From NCBI GenBank assembly GCA_012295275.1, contig CM022665.1, positions 41,478,001 through 41,542,000 of the forward strand: DNA of 64,000 nucleotides, read 5' to 3'. A program made the translations under genes and the position numbers. The notes beneath the pieces were generated by a model that was given only the letters and a program-made list of their open reading frames with translations, did not search any database and was not told the origin of the DNA. Numbering within the stretch: the stretch's first letter is position 1; every line of letters starts with the position of its first letter. This document shows positions 1 through 13,110 of this stretch, one piece after another. Source of the stretch: Chrysomallon squamiferum. Its lineage: Eukaryota; Animalia; Mollusca.

Positions 1-101
1 TTGTTTTCATTTTTTTTAATTTGTATGTTTGTTTTGTTATTTATTTATTTATTTTTATTATTGTTATTGTAATTTTTATTGAGTTTGTCTTATTTTTACA
101 G

Positions 102-135
102 ATTGAGACGACAACAACAGAAGAGATACAGAAAG
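102..135 (+). CDS. CPSF2: CPSF2 probable 34-nt micro-exon (IETTTTEEIQK)
   Basis: Preceded by tttttacag and followed by gtaaaa. It ends in phase 1, matching the next exon (g|aa). Acidic linker sequence fits the region before 'DVPTKC' in CPSF2. Confidence 0.6.
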
Positions 136-368
136 GTAAAATACAAATGTGTGTGTGTGCGTGTGTGAATGTGTTCAGTAAATAGATAAATAAAACAATT
201 TCTAATTCTTTTATCTTGCATAAGTAAACAAAAATTAAAAAAAAAATAACTAATAATAACATTGCTTTCATTTTAATCATAAACTTTTCTCACTTTGCAT
301 AATTACAAATTAGTTTTATTAAACATAATGTCTCTCCAAAATAAATATTATAAAAATGTTATTTTACT

Positions 369-420
<52 letters not shown>

Positions 421-1029
421 GTGTATAGATATATGTGTATAGATGTGTGTGTGTGTGTGTGTGTGTGTATGTATATCTGTCTATATGTATGTGTGTGTGT
501 GTGTGTGTTACACATAAAATCTCTCCCACTAAATTTGAAGATTATCTTCGATCGCTTTCAAGATGTTTTTGATTAACTTGTGTGTCACTGAACTTTCATA
601 CAACCTGTTTCTCCATGACCTTTCCAGGTCCTATTCTGAGAGACCCTCTCACTCACAAATTGATCACTAAGTTATTATTTCTTCCAAATTGGATTACTTG
701 CAAGTCGCAAACACTAATATTTCAAAGACAAGAAGTGTGAAAAATCTATAAAACATAGTCAGAACTCATAATTTAAAAGGTATTGGTGACTTGTCTTGTG
801 TGCATTCCCATCTCGTTCAAAATTTGTATGCAGAATTAGACGTCTGCTTATTAGTTGTATTTTAATTTAATGTGGTAGTGGGTTGGGGTGGATAGTGTCT
901 GAAGACAGAGGTTGTCTGTGTGAAGAATGATACTAGAAAGAATAAGTAATCAAGTCCTTTTTAATTTGTTAAAATTATTTTTAAAAATTCATCAATGTTT
1001 AAGATGTCGTTTTTTGCCTATCTTGAACA

Positions 1030-1064
<35 letters not shown>

Positions 1065-1073
1065 CTTTCTTGA

Positions 1074-1105
<32 letters not shown>

Positions 1106-1201
1106 TTGTACAGAATAAAAATAATAAAAAAGATTGTAATTTCTAGACTTTTTTTTTTATCTATTTCACTCAATTTTCCTTTTTGATTTGTTTTGAAACA
1201 G

Positions 1202-1344
1202 AAGTGTCTGAAGTGCCAACCAAGTGCATCTCTTCCAACGTGACACTGGATGTCAATGCGAGTGTGCTGTACATAGACTTCGAGGGTCGATCAGATGGTG
1301 ACTCTATCAGAAAACTGTTGGCCCAGGTTAAACCAAGACAACTG
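1202..1344 (+). CDS. CPSF2: CPSF2 (CPSF-100) internal exon
   Basis: EVSEVPTKCISSNVTLDVNASVLYIDFEGRSDGDSIRKLLAQVKPRQL matches the CPSF2 motif VPTKC...IDYEGRSDGDSIKK...KPRQL. acag acceptor, gtacgt donor. Confidence 0.95.
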
Positions 1345-1351
1345 GTACGTT

Positions 1352-1400
<49 letters not shown>

Positions 1401-1465
1401 GCATATAAATATATCTAAGATGTGTGTGTGTGTGTTTTTTTCACATTTTTTAGGTATTTTTAGAA

Positions 1466-1472
<7 letters not shown>

Positions 1473-1557
<85 letters not shown>
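1473..1557. repeat. (GA)n microsatellite
   Basis: About 42 uninterrupted GA units in a CPSF2 intron. Confidence 0.95.
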
Positions 1558-1559
<2 letters not shown>

Positions 1560-2028
1560 AGAAGGGAAGGGGAGAGAGTGAGGGATGGGGGAGAGTGAGA
1601 ATGTGAGTATGTTTGAATGCAAAGTGATGAGAAACAGAGATAGTAATTTAGGTTATGAAGAAAAGATCAGAGAGTGGATTTGAGAGTAAGAGAGTGTTTA
1701 ATAAAGATGGTTTCATTCGGTATTATGCCACTTCCCGTTTGATTTTTTTCTCAAAATAAAAAATTTAATGTGCCAGAGTTTAAATCAAACTAGCATATAG
1801 AGATCCACCTGAATAGCACTTTCCTGTATGCATTTACATATTTATAAGAACAGTTTCATTATTAAAGAATTTTTATGACCTTTATGAAATGTAGCTTGAC
1901 TTAATTCAGAATAATGTAGAGAGGTTTAACTTCACTTTATAGAATGTATATGCATATATGTGTTTGTTTGTGTGTGTGTGTGCAAAGACAAAGAATAATT
2001 TCGTAATGAAAGATTTAATAAATTTCAG

Positions 2029-2166
2029 ATTTTGGTTCGAGGAACAACAGATGCTACAGACGCTCTTGCTGAATACTGTCACAGTCATAGTGTCGTGGAG
2101 GGAAAGATTTTCAAACCAAAAGTCGGAGAAATTGTCGACGCCACGACAGAGAGTCACATTTACCAG
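2029..2166 (+). CDS. CPSF2: CPSF2 internal exon
   Basis: ILVRGTTDATDALAEYC...KPKVGEIVDATTESHIYQ (cf. VDATSETHIYQ). tttcag acceptor, gtttga donor, phase 0/0. Confidence 0.93.
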
Positions 2167-2478
2167 GTTTGAACAGAACTGTAACCCACAACCATTACAA
2201 ACTACACTGTTTTTTTTTTGTGTTTTTTTTTTCATTCTGCACAACAAATTTGATTTTGTATTGAGATGAAAATAACTGAAGTGTTAAATTCTTTTATAGG
2301 TCAGAGTAAAAATAGGTTTAACAGTCAAACTGCAAAAGTTAATTATCTAATGCGTTATATTTGTGCTATAATCAGTTGTGGTTTATTTGGTGTGGTGTTG
2401 TTGTTTTTTTTGTATATTTAAATTTTAAATTATTATTGTTGTTGTTGTTGTTGTGACAAATTTCTTATCTTCGTCTAG

Positions 2479-2653
2479 GTAAGGATGCGAGACCATCTCG
2501 TGACGTCTCTGATCTTCTCAAAAGCGAAGGATGTGGACCTGGCATGGATAGACGGATACCTGGACATGACGTACACAAAGACAGACACTGGAGTCATGTA
2601 CGAGATGGAACACAGAGAGCGTGGGGATGACGAAGACAGAAAAAGAGACAAAG
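2479..2653 (+). CDS. CPSF2: CPSF2 internal exon
   Basis: [30 protein letters not shown]... (cf. KAKDAELAWIDGVLDM). The donor could be at 2654 or the in-frame one at 2666. Confidence 0.9.
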
Positions 2654-3179
2654 GTTTTCACACAGGTCTTTCTCATTACAAATATTTGCTCTGTCGTATT
2701 TAAATTGCAATAACCTGTATTTTCCGGAACATACACTTACAACTTGAACAGTCATAGTTAACTAAGTTGTAACATAATTTCACTTTTTGGCAGTTAAACG
2801 ACATTACTCGCAGTTTTGTCTGAAATTTCAAATACCAAATAAAGCAGCCATTTGAATTATGATATGCATTTTTCCATTTTCTACCTTTTTTTTGATGACT
2901 CACCTCCCAGCTTCAGTGACAGAACTATATAGTCGATGGGGATTATAATTCCAAATAACATTATAATTAACAAATTGTGGAATCCAGTGCAAAAAGTAAA
3001 ATTAAGGGTTCTTTACAAGAAAAATCTGCTCTTAGCCCTGTGAAGTGATGAGTTTTAATAACATGAACACTGTGACAAATAAATGCTGTTTCCAGACTAT
3101 TCATAGTACACATAACTCTTGTCTGCGTTAAACATTAAAATGTTTTGAATCCAGAATCTGACAGAATATTTCATTTCAG

Positions 3180-3250
3180 GTGCATCATCCTTTGAGATGG
3201 CAGAGGAGCTAGACAGAGTTCCCACACTGGAAGCATTCCCACCAAACCAG
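3180..3250 (+). CDS. CPSF2: CPSF2 internal exon
   Basis: (G)ASSFEMAEELDRVPTLEAFPPNQ (cf. IPTLEPLPPHE). tttcag acceptor, gtaaaa donor. Confidence 0.88.
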
Positions 3251-4124
3251 GTAAAAACAAAAACAGCATACATTTAACCCTTTCCTTGCAATGATTAGAC
3301 ATATCCAGTAAAAAAAAAAAAAATGTATTAGCATTAACTGTGGAAAGTGAATTTAGCATACAACTTTAAAAAAAAAAAAAAAAAAAAATTCTCATTATAC
3401 TGTGAGAAGCAGAAACACACACTAAGCATTGAATAAAGTCCAGTAAGTGCTGCCATCTGTGGGACAGCAGTGTAACTAATAGTCTTGTTGATTTTAGTTC
3501 CACTGTGAAAACAGTTGAGCCTAATTTTAATTTAAAACTCGGACACAGGATTAAAAGTTTATAATATTTGAGTAATGTCAATGGAAGAAAAATATCATAT
3601 TCTAAAATCTGTTCTGAGTGTAAAGCATGTTGTTTGTGTTTGTTTAATTTTTTGATTGATCGGTGTTCAAGGTTTGAACAGAACAGAGAGTCTGCAAATA
3701 CCTTGCTTGATCAGTGGATTAAAATTATTGACCATTTTAATCATTTTGCCACTAATATTTAAACTAGGATTAACGACAATCTAGAGATCTGTTATCTTGT
3801 CACTGGACTTTATTTATGATGTCTTTATTTTTGTGGAATGATTGATCGATTATTCAGCAGAATGGATTAAATTAACAAAATAATGCAAATGCTCAGTTAA
3901 CAAGGGAAATAACTTAAAACTAATGTGTTCCACTCCATTTTCATTTAAATAAGAGTTGTGTCCCATTATTTACCAGCATAATTATTAACACCAGAAACAC
4001 TGTTTGTTGATTAAAGAAAGTTGCTTAATGTTCTTTTCTTCTTTATTTTTTTTTTTTTTTTTTTAAGCTTATACATGTAATAAAAATAACATTTTTAATA
4101 TTAATTTGGATTATTTTTTAATAG

Positions 4125-4259
4125 GTTCCCGTACACACATCAGTATTTATTAATGAACCAAAGCTGTCCGATTTCAAAATGGTTCTGCTCCAGGAGGGAA
4201 TCCACTGCGAGTTTGTAGCCGGTGTTCTGATTTGTAACAACTCTGTGGCCGTCAGAAGG
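4125..4259 (+). CDS. CPSF2: CPSF2 penultimate exon
   Basis: [45 protein letters not shown] matches the CPSF100 C-terminal domain. atag acceptor, gtatgt donor. Confidence 0.95.
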
Positions 4260-4416
4260 GTATGTGAACTGGTATAAAATAACATAATAATGCCGATGTC
4301 ATATCATAGGACACAGATTGTAATCAGCTTGACATTTGTCACCAACATACGTTTTTTTTCATCTGTATCTCCTGTCAACAGAATTGTCTTCTTTTTTTCT
4401 GTTTTTTAACCTCATT

Positions 4417-4605
4417 CTCATCTTCACACCTTTTTTCATTTGTATTATCTTTATCTGTTTAATGTCTTCCAAGAGAATTTCAGAATTTTATTACCTTTTC
4501 TTTTTTTTTTAATAGTCTTTGACAAATGTCATCTTCACACCTTTTTCTATTTTTAATATCTTTATCTATTTAACATCTTTCATGAGAATTTCAGAATTAT
4601 ATTAC
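4417..4605. repeat. Imperfect direct repeat of ~80 bp, two copies
   Basis: tcatcttcacacctttt...atctttatct.tttaa...agagaatttcagaatt..atta occurs at ~4418 and ~4528. Confidence 0.75.
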
Positions 4606-5059
4606 AGGTTTTTTTTAACAAATAACACCTCCAAAACAGAATTTTTTAGCTATGCAAGTTATGTATATCTGTTGACAGCATACAGTGAGAAATACATATG
4701 TCTATATTAAAACAAATTTATCAACATTAAAAAGATAATGACAATCTGTGTGATAATTGCAGTATATTAACATGACCACAAAAACAAAACAAAAACAAAA
4801 AAAAAATTTATATATATAAATAATGAAAAAAAAAAATAAAATAAATAAATAGTAAAATTAAAGAAAAAAGTAAATTAATAAAGAGTGAATATCTGAGGAT
4901 TTAAGTGTGATGTATTGCATGTGTTTATTTATAGTTATTTACTGAGATTTGAAATAGCTTTTTCATAGTTTTTGTAGTAATTACAATAGATCAGATACAC
5001 ACTTTATCAATACAAATATATATATATAGATATATATACATATGTTTATTTATTTTTGT

Positions 5060-5096
<37 letters not shown>

Positions 5097-5148
5097 TGGA
5101 GTGACTATTTTACTTTTACATTTCTAATTTACTTATTTTATTTTTCAG

Positions 5149-5241
5149 AATGAAGCTGGCAGGATACAACTGGAAGGTACTCTGTGTGATGATTATTACC
5201 GAATCCGTGAAATTCTCTATCAGCAGTATGCCATTGTCTGA
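5149..5241 (+). CDS. CPSF2: CPSF2 last coding exon
   Basis: [30 protein letters not shown] matches the conserved CPSF2 C-terminus (LYEQYAIV*). tttcag acceptor, TGA at 5239-5241. Confidence 0.96.
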   Translation, partial: NEAGRIQLEGTLCDDYYRIREILYQQYAIV

Positions 5242-7149
5242 GTCACTTCAAAATCACAGCAGTCATCCTTTATCACCAATGTCACTGTTTTACTACATTG
5301 ACAGAACCCTTGTGTTGTGACGATATAAAAAAAAACATTAACCCAATCATTAATTTGTTTAATAAGACTGCAAATAAATATTAATTTTTAGAAAGGCTGG
5401 ATTTTATTAAGGTATTGTTAAAAAAAAAAAGATAATGTGAAAAGAAAGAAGAAAAAAGAAATAAAATACAAAATAGATCTTAAAACAGATATTTATTCTT
5501 CTGTCATTATACTCTTTTAATATACTTGTAGCTATATTTTTATTTTTTTTATTTTATTTTTGTCTTTTTGTGCACCATTTTAAAAACAATCAAAATTCAA
5601 CTATTTTACTCATTCATCTGTTTTAAACTACAGTTTGATGAGTACGTTCTGGTTCATTTTTTTTTTACTCATATACACATATTATTAATGTACACAATTA
5701 TCATTTGGTGAACTTGAACGGATAATAAATAAAGATAATGATCAGATCTTTATTTACACATTCTGTCCAAGAGTTGATTATAAAGTATAGTTTCTTGAAA
5801 AAAAAAAAAACAAAAACAAACCCAGACCATAGCCAGAATCTTCATTGATACGTTAGCCCCAAAAATTTGCATTATATGAATTACAGAGCAACAAGATCAC
5901 CATCATCTATGCCTTCATTATTTTTTTTGAATGTCAGAGATTTTTGGTAACCACTATTCTTCCTGTATAAAATTTATAGTTCAGGACAGACAATAAAATT
6001 TGAAATACATTCTGGCTGTGCTCTGAAATGACTTTTTATAAAAGTTCTTTTGACATTTAAAGAATTGTTATTCTTCTAACTGTGACTTGCATGTACAGTT
6101 TTGTTAGCTGTTAACATTTAACTGTAACAGTTAAACATTTTGTAAAAAGCTATTTACAACTGTGTGTTACACTGCAAAAAACAAAAACAGACAATAAATC
6201 AGTGTTAAAATAAATATTTATTGTCTTTTTTATATGTTAAGGGTAGACATGGCAAAAAAACAAATAAAAATGTTAAATCAATCCTTACACATTCTTCCTT
6301 GTTGTTCACAGAACACAAAACAAAACAAAAGTGTGAAAGAGGTAAATAGTTGATAGATACTATCAGTTTTGGTAAACTGTAAAATTAACGGATTTTTAAA
6401 TAATTTTGTTTCATACATACTTCATATGACTGACTTCTACAAGTCATAAATAAAACTGTCCTGAGAACAAGATAATTTTTATTTTTAGAACTAAATTCAC
6501 GTGGAAGCTTACCATAAAAATAAAATTTGAAAAAAAAAATATATATGAATTTAATATCCAGTGCAGAATAAATAAATTTGTACCTAATAAGTATTGCTAC
6601 TAAATGCTAATTGTGTGTATTTCTAATTCCAAACTTTCAAAAATTTCATTGTAAATGGCTAAGGAATTTGCCTTCCCATCAATGATAACATGTATTTAAA
6701 GATTCTTGATTGTTAATGAAGTTAAGAGTAAAAATAGTCCAACAATTCTGTCATTATAAAAATATTTTGGGTATAAACAAATGTTAATTCACAAAAACAA
6801 ATCAAACTGAAGGTGAATTATATATTTTTGCAGCATGGTGTATAAAGGTATACTTTTCTATGACTTCTTTGTTTTATCAAATTATTAACTGTTCTTTACA
6901 AATACATTACTGTCAAATGTTTGAATTCAAATATATTTTCACACAAAACGAGTTAAGACTTCACACATTTTGTGTAAACAAAGAATTCTTGTATCACAGT
7001 TGATTATATTATTATGTGCACCAAGTAAAGCATACATTTGAAAAAGTAAAGAAACAGTCTAAAAACTTTATAATAAATTATATCAGTAGATTTGGGATAA
7101 TATATTTTTACTTGTGATATGTATATAAATCCAAAATAAAACAGTTAAA

Positions 7150-7232
7150 GGAAGCAACAGAATGTATTTAGATGAATAGTTTGAACCACCAGAAGCAACA
7201 AAATGTATTTAGGTGGTAAGTTTGAACCACCA
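7150..7232. repeat. Tandem duplication of ~41 bp
   Basis: gaagcaaca.aatgtatttag.tg...agtttgaaccacca occurs twice in tandem. Confidence 0.85.
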
Positions 7233-8098
7233 AATTTACATTTCAAGAGATTTATTACAACAAAAATAATTAAAAAATGAAATAAAATAAATGAAAAAAT
7301 TATCATTACTGTCAATTCAATACCATTACTCCTGCTAAGGTCTCATCATCTTATTTAAATATAATTTTTAAAAATTTCCAGACAATAAAAAGACACTCTT
7401 GCTACTGATCTTGAATGTAGCCAACAATATTAAGTTCTTTTCTAACACTAACAAATTTGCTTGAAAAGTCAAATAAATGTTAACGTGTTTTTATTGACAT
7501 ATCCATGTTTTCAAGTTCCTCCTCATTCATACAAATAAATACTAATCATTTACATATACATTATACATATGTATGTAAAAATATCTAATGAATTAATCTG
7601 TTCTTTTCTGAATAAATACATTTAATTAATTATACTGAGATCATGAAATGAATATAATAATTAACATATTCATTTAGACATGTATATTATTTACAAATTT
7701 CATAAAACACAGATGAATAACTTCATCTAAAATGCATAAAATGTTTCTAAAAACTAATCTGACACAGGCAACAACCAGATAATGAAGAAATTCATTTGTT
7801 TCAGTTATCGTTAGTGACACTAAATAAAGTGTTGTTATCTTATATATTTCTTACACACACACACACACACAGACACAATGATTATAATTACTGTTATACC
7901 ATACTGTTCTACAAATTAAAATCGTAAAAATAAAATTAAAAGATTTCTTATATTTTTCCCAAAAATAATTATGGAACCCACTGAAGTCTGAAGGCTAATT
8001 AAGCAATTGCTTCTAGATATTTTTAAGGGCTCTAAACAGCCTTGTATTAGTTTATACAAAATTTTTAAAAAAGTTAAAATGGATTTAAAATCCTACTC

Positions 8099-8950
8099 TT
8101 AGCATTTATTACTAGATTTGCTTCTGTATCCTTTGACAACTACAGGAGACTGAAACCAAATCATATCTTCTACAGCCGAATCGGTGTCAAATCCTGAATC
8201 TGAGCTCGATGAAAAAATATTATTCTGCTTCACAGGCTGCATACTAGTGCTTCTGCTCCCTGAACTCTTCGATGACGAAAGTCTGCCTGGAATGGGAAAA
8301 AACTTTGTTGAGTAAATACAGTTTGATGACTTTTGGGATTTTTCTGCAGAGGACATCTCAGGGTCATCAATGTCCATGGATTCTTCAGCATCTGCACCAG
8401 AGACCTCAAAGACGTTGTTACTGCTGCCTAGCAATGCGGTGGATGAGGTATCATTCACGTCCAGCAGTTCAATTCCCGATATATCAAACTCTTCTTCGTG
8501 CTGGGTCAAGTTATGAGAAGAGGAACTTGACCGATTGCAACTAATGTTGAAAACAAACTGTTTACATTTCTGTGGAATTTTGAAAGCCGGTTTGGGAAGA
8601 AACCATTCTATTCTGCAATCACGAGGTGCTCTTACTAACAGGGTCATGGTTGTCGGTGATATACATTTGACGTCGCCCAACATGTCCTGTGTTATAAGCT
8701 GACGATAGAGATGTCTTATGAAGGATTTGTCTTTCAGCGGTTCTGCATCTGGACACACTGGTGGCAGGTTGACTAAATATGTTTCTTTGGGACTGACTAC
8801 AGTTCCACCAAACAGAATCATCACTTGATGAACTTCTGGAAATCGTTCGAACAGTCGAATCAAATTCTCGAAAAGCTGCTCAAGACTGGACACAGCATTG
8901 TGGGATTTCCTTTCTTCAACTTTTTTCAAGACTTGTTGTTGTCGGTAATC
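8099..8950 (-). CDS. MAD2L1BP: MAD2L1-binding protein (p31comet) exon 2
   Basis: LFGGTVVSPKETYLVNL (cf. LGGNALSPKEFYELDL), WFLPK, and C-terminal DMIWFQSPVVVKGYR (cf. DYIWFQAPVTFKGFR). ctcttcag acceptor, phase 0. Confidence 0.9.
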   Translation of the reverse strand, partial: DYRQQQVLKKVEERKSHNAVSSLEQLFENLIRLFERFPEVHQVMILFGGTVVSPKETYLVNLPPVCPDAEPLKDKSFIRHLYRQLITQDMLGDVKCISPTTMTLLVRAPRDCRIEWFLPKPAFKIPQKCKQFVFNISCNRSSSSSHNLTQHEEEFDISGIELLDVNDTSSTALLGSSNNVFEVSGADAEESMDIDDPEMSSAEKSQKSSNCIYSTKFFPIPGRLSSSKSSGSRSTSMQPVKQNNIFSSSSDSGFDTDSAVEDMIWFQSPVVVKGYRSKSSNKC

Positions 8951-9299
8951 CTGAAGAGTAAAAAAAAAATCAAGACAAAACTGCAACAAAACATTTTAAC
9001 TTTTTCAAAAATTAGATTAAATGTAAAAGTGCAGCAAATTAGAACAAAATATGAATACAATTATCGAAGCGATAATGATAATCGTAAACACATCAGTGCC
9101 AGTGTCAATAACTGAATCATGAATGACTCGAACGGGTATTCGCGTATTATTACATACATGTTTAATGTTATAATAATGACTATTGATTTAACCATAAATA
9201 TATAAAAAAAATTAACTATTAAATATAAAAGTCGGTCAAATATATAATTATTTATAATGATCCATTCGTAATATTAAATAAACTGTAAACGTTATCAAC

Positions 9300-9512
9300 C
9301 TTCATTTTATTTTGTTGCCGAATGTTTTCGTTTCGATCAAAATCTTGTTTTAAATTTTCAAACGGTAGTGGAATCTGTTCTCGCTCATACATACAGTACT
9401 TTATAAGTTCATTGATGATTACACCCCTAGAGCTAGGATTTAAGTCACAATCGAAAGAAATACTACACGAAGACTGTTCAGTGTACTTTATCTTTTTTTG
9501 AAAACCCGCCAT
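9300..9512 (-). CDS. MAD2L1BP: MAD2L1BP exon 1
   Basis: ATG in gccATGg context at 9512. ELIKYCMYEREQIPLPFENL matches the MAD2-binding motif (YQRQQLPLPYEQL). AAG|gttgat donor, phase 0 with exon 2. Total 354 aa. Confidence 0.88.
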
Positions 9513-10169
9513 GGCCAAATCTTAAAGGGAGGTAAATACATTGACCGATTACGACAGACTGGTTTTCTTATCTTTTTATTTTTAAAATCTAAAAATGGGA
9601 ATTCTAAATGCTTGAGTCCGGCTAAAATACAAATAATGCTAAATAACACAGTATTCTTTACCCCTTCATTAATGAAGTCAGAATCGCGTATTTTACGCAT
9701 GTCGTGGTAGAATTTCAAATCAGCAAAACGTTTTTTTCTTTTCTTTTTCTTGCTTTCTTTCTTTTTTTTTTTTTTAAAAAAAAAAAAAATTACAAAACAA
9801 AAAATTCTTTAATAAATATATAACAGACATTTTTTTTTTAGAAGTACAATAAAATAAATAAATAAATAAATAAATAATAAAATAATAATAATAGCAGCGA
9901 GTCTTTAGAATCTTTGTCGGTTTCTAAGAGAAAGTAACTGTGTTAGTTATAAAACTTTAACCAACGGTAATTACCCTTTACTGGCAATGCAGAAACTGTC
10001 GTCTGGCTTTATTTTATAACGTCTATACATAAAATATGTCATATCCATATTATTATTTTTGTTGTCGTTGTCGATATTTTCTTTTCTATAATTTTATATG
10101 TGTGCATTTATTTCGTCAGCTACATAGGAAAGTAGAAATTTGATGTCATTCCCAAACTGGTGGGATTTT

Positions 10170-10200
<31 letters not shown>

Positions 10201-13011
10201 CCCTTTTTTTATTTTCTATGTTGGTCTTATTGTTTAACATAAATTTTTCTTACTTTGTATAATTTAAAAAAAAAATTAAATTTAAATTGTTTTAAAAAAA
10301 ATTTTTATTTATATTTTATTAATTGTTGTTGTTTACAAACCGAATATTTTTATTTACAACGTGTAATTATATTCAGCGATGTCAACAATATCTGTAAAAT
10401 CTCACAGAAGCGTTAGTAGGATACGACCTCAGTACCTCCAAAACCGTAAATCTTATTGCAAATCTGGCGAAGTCTGTTCCATCGTACGATTGTCAGGGAA
10501 GTCGGTCAAATGAAGCCAGATTACAAGCAATGACATCACCAGGATACTAAATTACGTCACACTTTCAGGGCAGACCGCGTTAATATGACCCTGCTGGGAC
10601 ACAGTCAAGTGCCGTGTATGAATCCGTGTTAGATAACGCCACTTAACCGTTTCCCAACTGAAAAGCTTTCAACGCCTGTGCAATAACCACACTTCGGTAA
10701 CGGTTCGTCAGTATGACGTAACACTCGAGAGAAGGTCGTGATAAGCCGAAGTAGAGCCAAGCCACATGTCCGGAGAAGAGAGAGAGTAAGAAAGAGAAAG
10801 AGAGAAAAAAAGGTCAAAGCCATGTCAGTAGGTCACGCCATGTTACCTAAGGAATGCCATTAACGCACAATTAGCTAACAATTGGTATTGAAATCATAGC
10901 GGATAACTATAGTGAACGCTTCACTAGCTATTATTGGGTTTAATACCACTTAATAAATTTCCAAATGTATTATTAAAAGATAAAGAATGTCATAAAATAG
11001 CTTTCGTTGTTATATTAACAATTATTGTTGATTTAAAGATAAAAGAGAGCTCTGTGTAATTCTGTTTATCAAACAGTGGAAGAGATAAATATTATATTCA
11101 CTTATTACAACCATTAATTAGGAAAATAATTTTACTCTTATTTTTATTTATTTGATATATACTAATGAATTTTCCTCCATTCTTTGATTCAAACCTAAAA
11201 TCTATCTTTACGACACGTCGAAATTTTAGTCTCAAGTTTAGTTGTTTTTGTTGTTGTTGTTGTTTTTTTTTTTTTTGTGGGGTTCTTTCCAGATTTATTT
11301 AATCAGTTTTATTATTACGACACGTTCTTTTAGTCTCCAGTTTATTTATTTATTTTATTTTATTTTATTTTATTTTTTTTTTTTTTTTTCAGATTTATTT
11401 AATCAGTTTTATTATTATAATATATTTACTAAGATAAGGAAAGTATCACCGCCGATATTAGTCAAAGAGCATCAGATTAATGTTTGTTTATATTATATAT
11501 TACTCAGATATTTATTTTACTTTTGTTAACTTTCACCACTTAATATAATTATTCAGATTATGCAGTCTGCCCTAACACTGTGATGTAATTCCTGTCCTGT
11601 TGACGTCATTTCTCGTAAGCAGCTCCGTTGGCCGACTTTTCATAGAAACAGATTTTAACAGATTCGTCTTTGTGTTTATGATTTTAAGACGTGTAGACTG
11701 AATACTATAAATATAGTTTTATGTTATTTGAATAAATATTATTTCTCCCGAATGTGACTGCCAATCATTGTATACTGTTTATCAAATCGACTTTTTGAAA
11801 TTGTTCCTTTTATTGCCACTTTCCAAATTTTACGTCTCCTTTGTGTTTTTCTTCTTTTTGGATAAGAAAAATAATATTAGCTTAATCATAGAATATCATC
11901 AATATTTTTGTCGGTCATTATTATTATTATTGTTGTTGTTGTTGCGATAATGGTGCGGGATGTGGTTATTGATATAGTAATAATGACCTAAGAAAAATTT
12001 AGTGTTTCTTTCTTCTTTTTTTAATTTTTCCTTTTTTAAAAATATTTATTTATTTATCTAACTAATAATAGCTTTTTCGTCACCATTTTATATATTTTTT
12101 ATATTTGTTAACCTTTTCATTCTCAAAATTTAAGAAGCTATTTAACAATAATTTAGATATTTTGAATAAATTCTTAAAATATTTACAATATCAATTTAAA
12201 AATGACAGTTGTTTTATATCATTTAGTTCCAACTCGTTCTTGGTATTAAACATTTTTTTATTTTTTTATTTTTTTTTTAAATTGAAATTATAGTAACGAC
12301 TACTGTTTGTGTGAACACAGGATAAGGCTAAACGAATACGAATACTTTGTTTAAATAATATAAACTATTCACTGAACTGATCACTTCGCAGTCAAGAACA
12401 ATGTCAACAGTGGCTTTTTGAAGACGTTGGTTTGGTTTGCGAAATGGGAGGTCACTGCGGGTCAGTGTCCGAAGTTCGTGCTGTGTGGTGAATCTGCAAT
12501 GATGCCCCTTCTAAACAAACACACCAACCTCCCTGTCGGGGGGTGTGTGTGTGGGTAAGGGTGTTTACATATACCTGTTGCGAGATTTGATGTTTTGTAA
12601 TGTAAGACTGACTTGGAGGTGTTTGCGCTGTTCGGTAAATCGCTAAAGTACTATTTTTACAAAACAGAAGTAAATACCGAGAAGAAAAACAAAAAAACAA
12701 AAAAAAAAAAAAACAATATGAATTTATTATTACTTAATTAATTATGTTGTATTTTGTTGTTTTATTTATAATTATTGCTGCTGCTGCTGTTGTTTTATCC
12801 ATTGTGTAACTTTTGTTTTTCTTCTATTTACAAATGTTTGCGTGTCATTATTGTAATAATCATAATGGGTCGTCGTTGGTTGGGGCATTGTGCTTATTCC
12901 CTTAAGTATCATGGATGTCGATTTATATTAGGATACATAATGTTTAATGACGGTATACGTAATAACTTCTTGGTGTTTGTCGTTGTGGTGCTGATGGTTA
13001 TTATTATAACT

Positions 13012-13078
<67 letters not shown>

Positions 13079-13110
13079 CAGCAGCAGCAGCAGTAGTAGT
13101 AGTTGTAGTT
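13012..13110. repeat. (GTA)n/(GCA)n compound microsatellite
   Basis: Direct inspection. Confidence 0.95.

Noticed and set aside
8272-9710. Plus-strand ORFs overlapping MAD2L1BP
   Set aside because: Antisense shadows; the minus-strand frame carries the conserved motifs.
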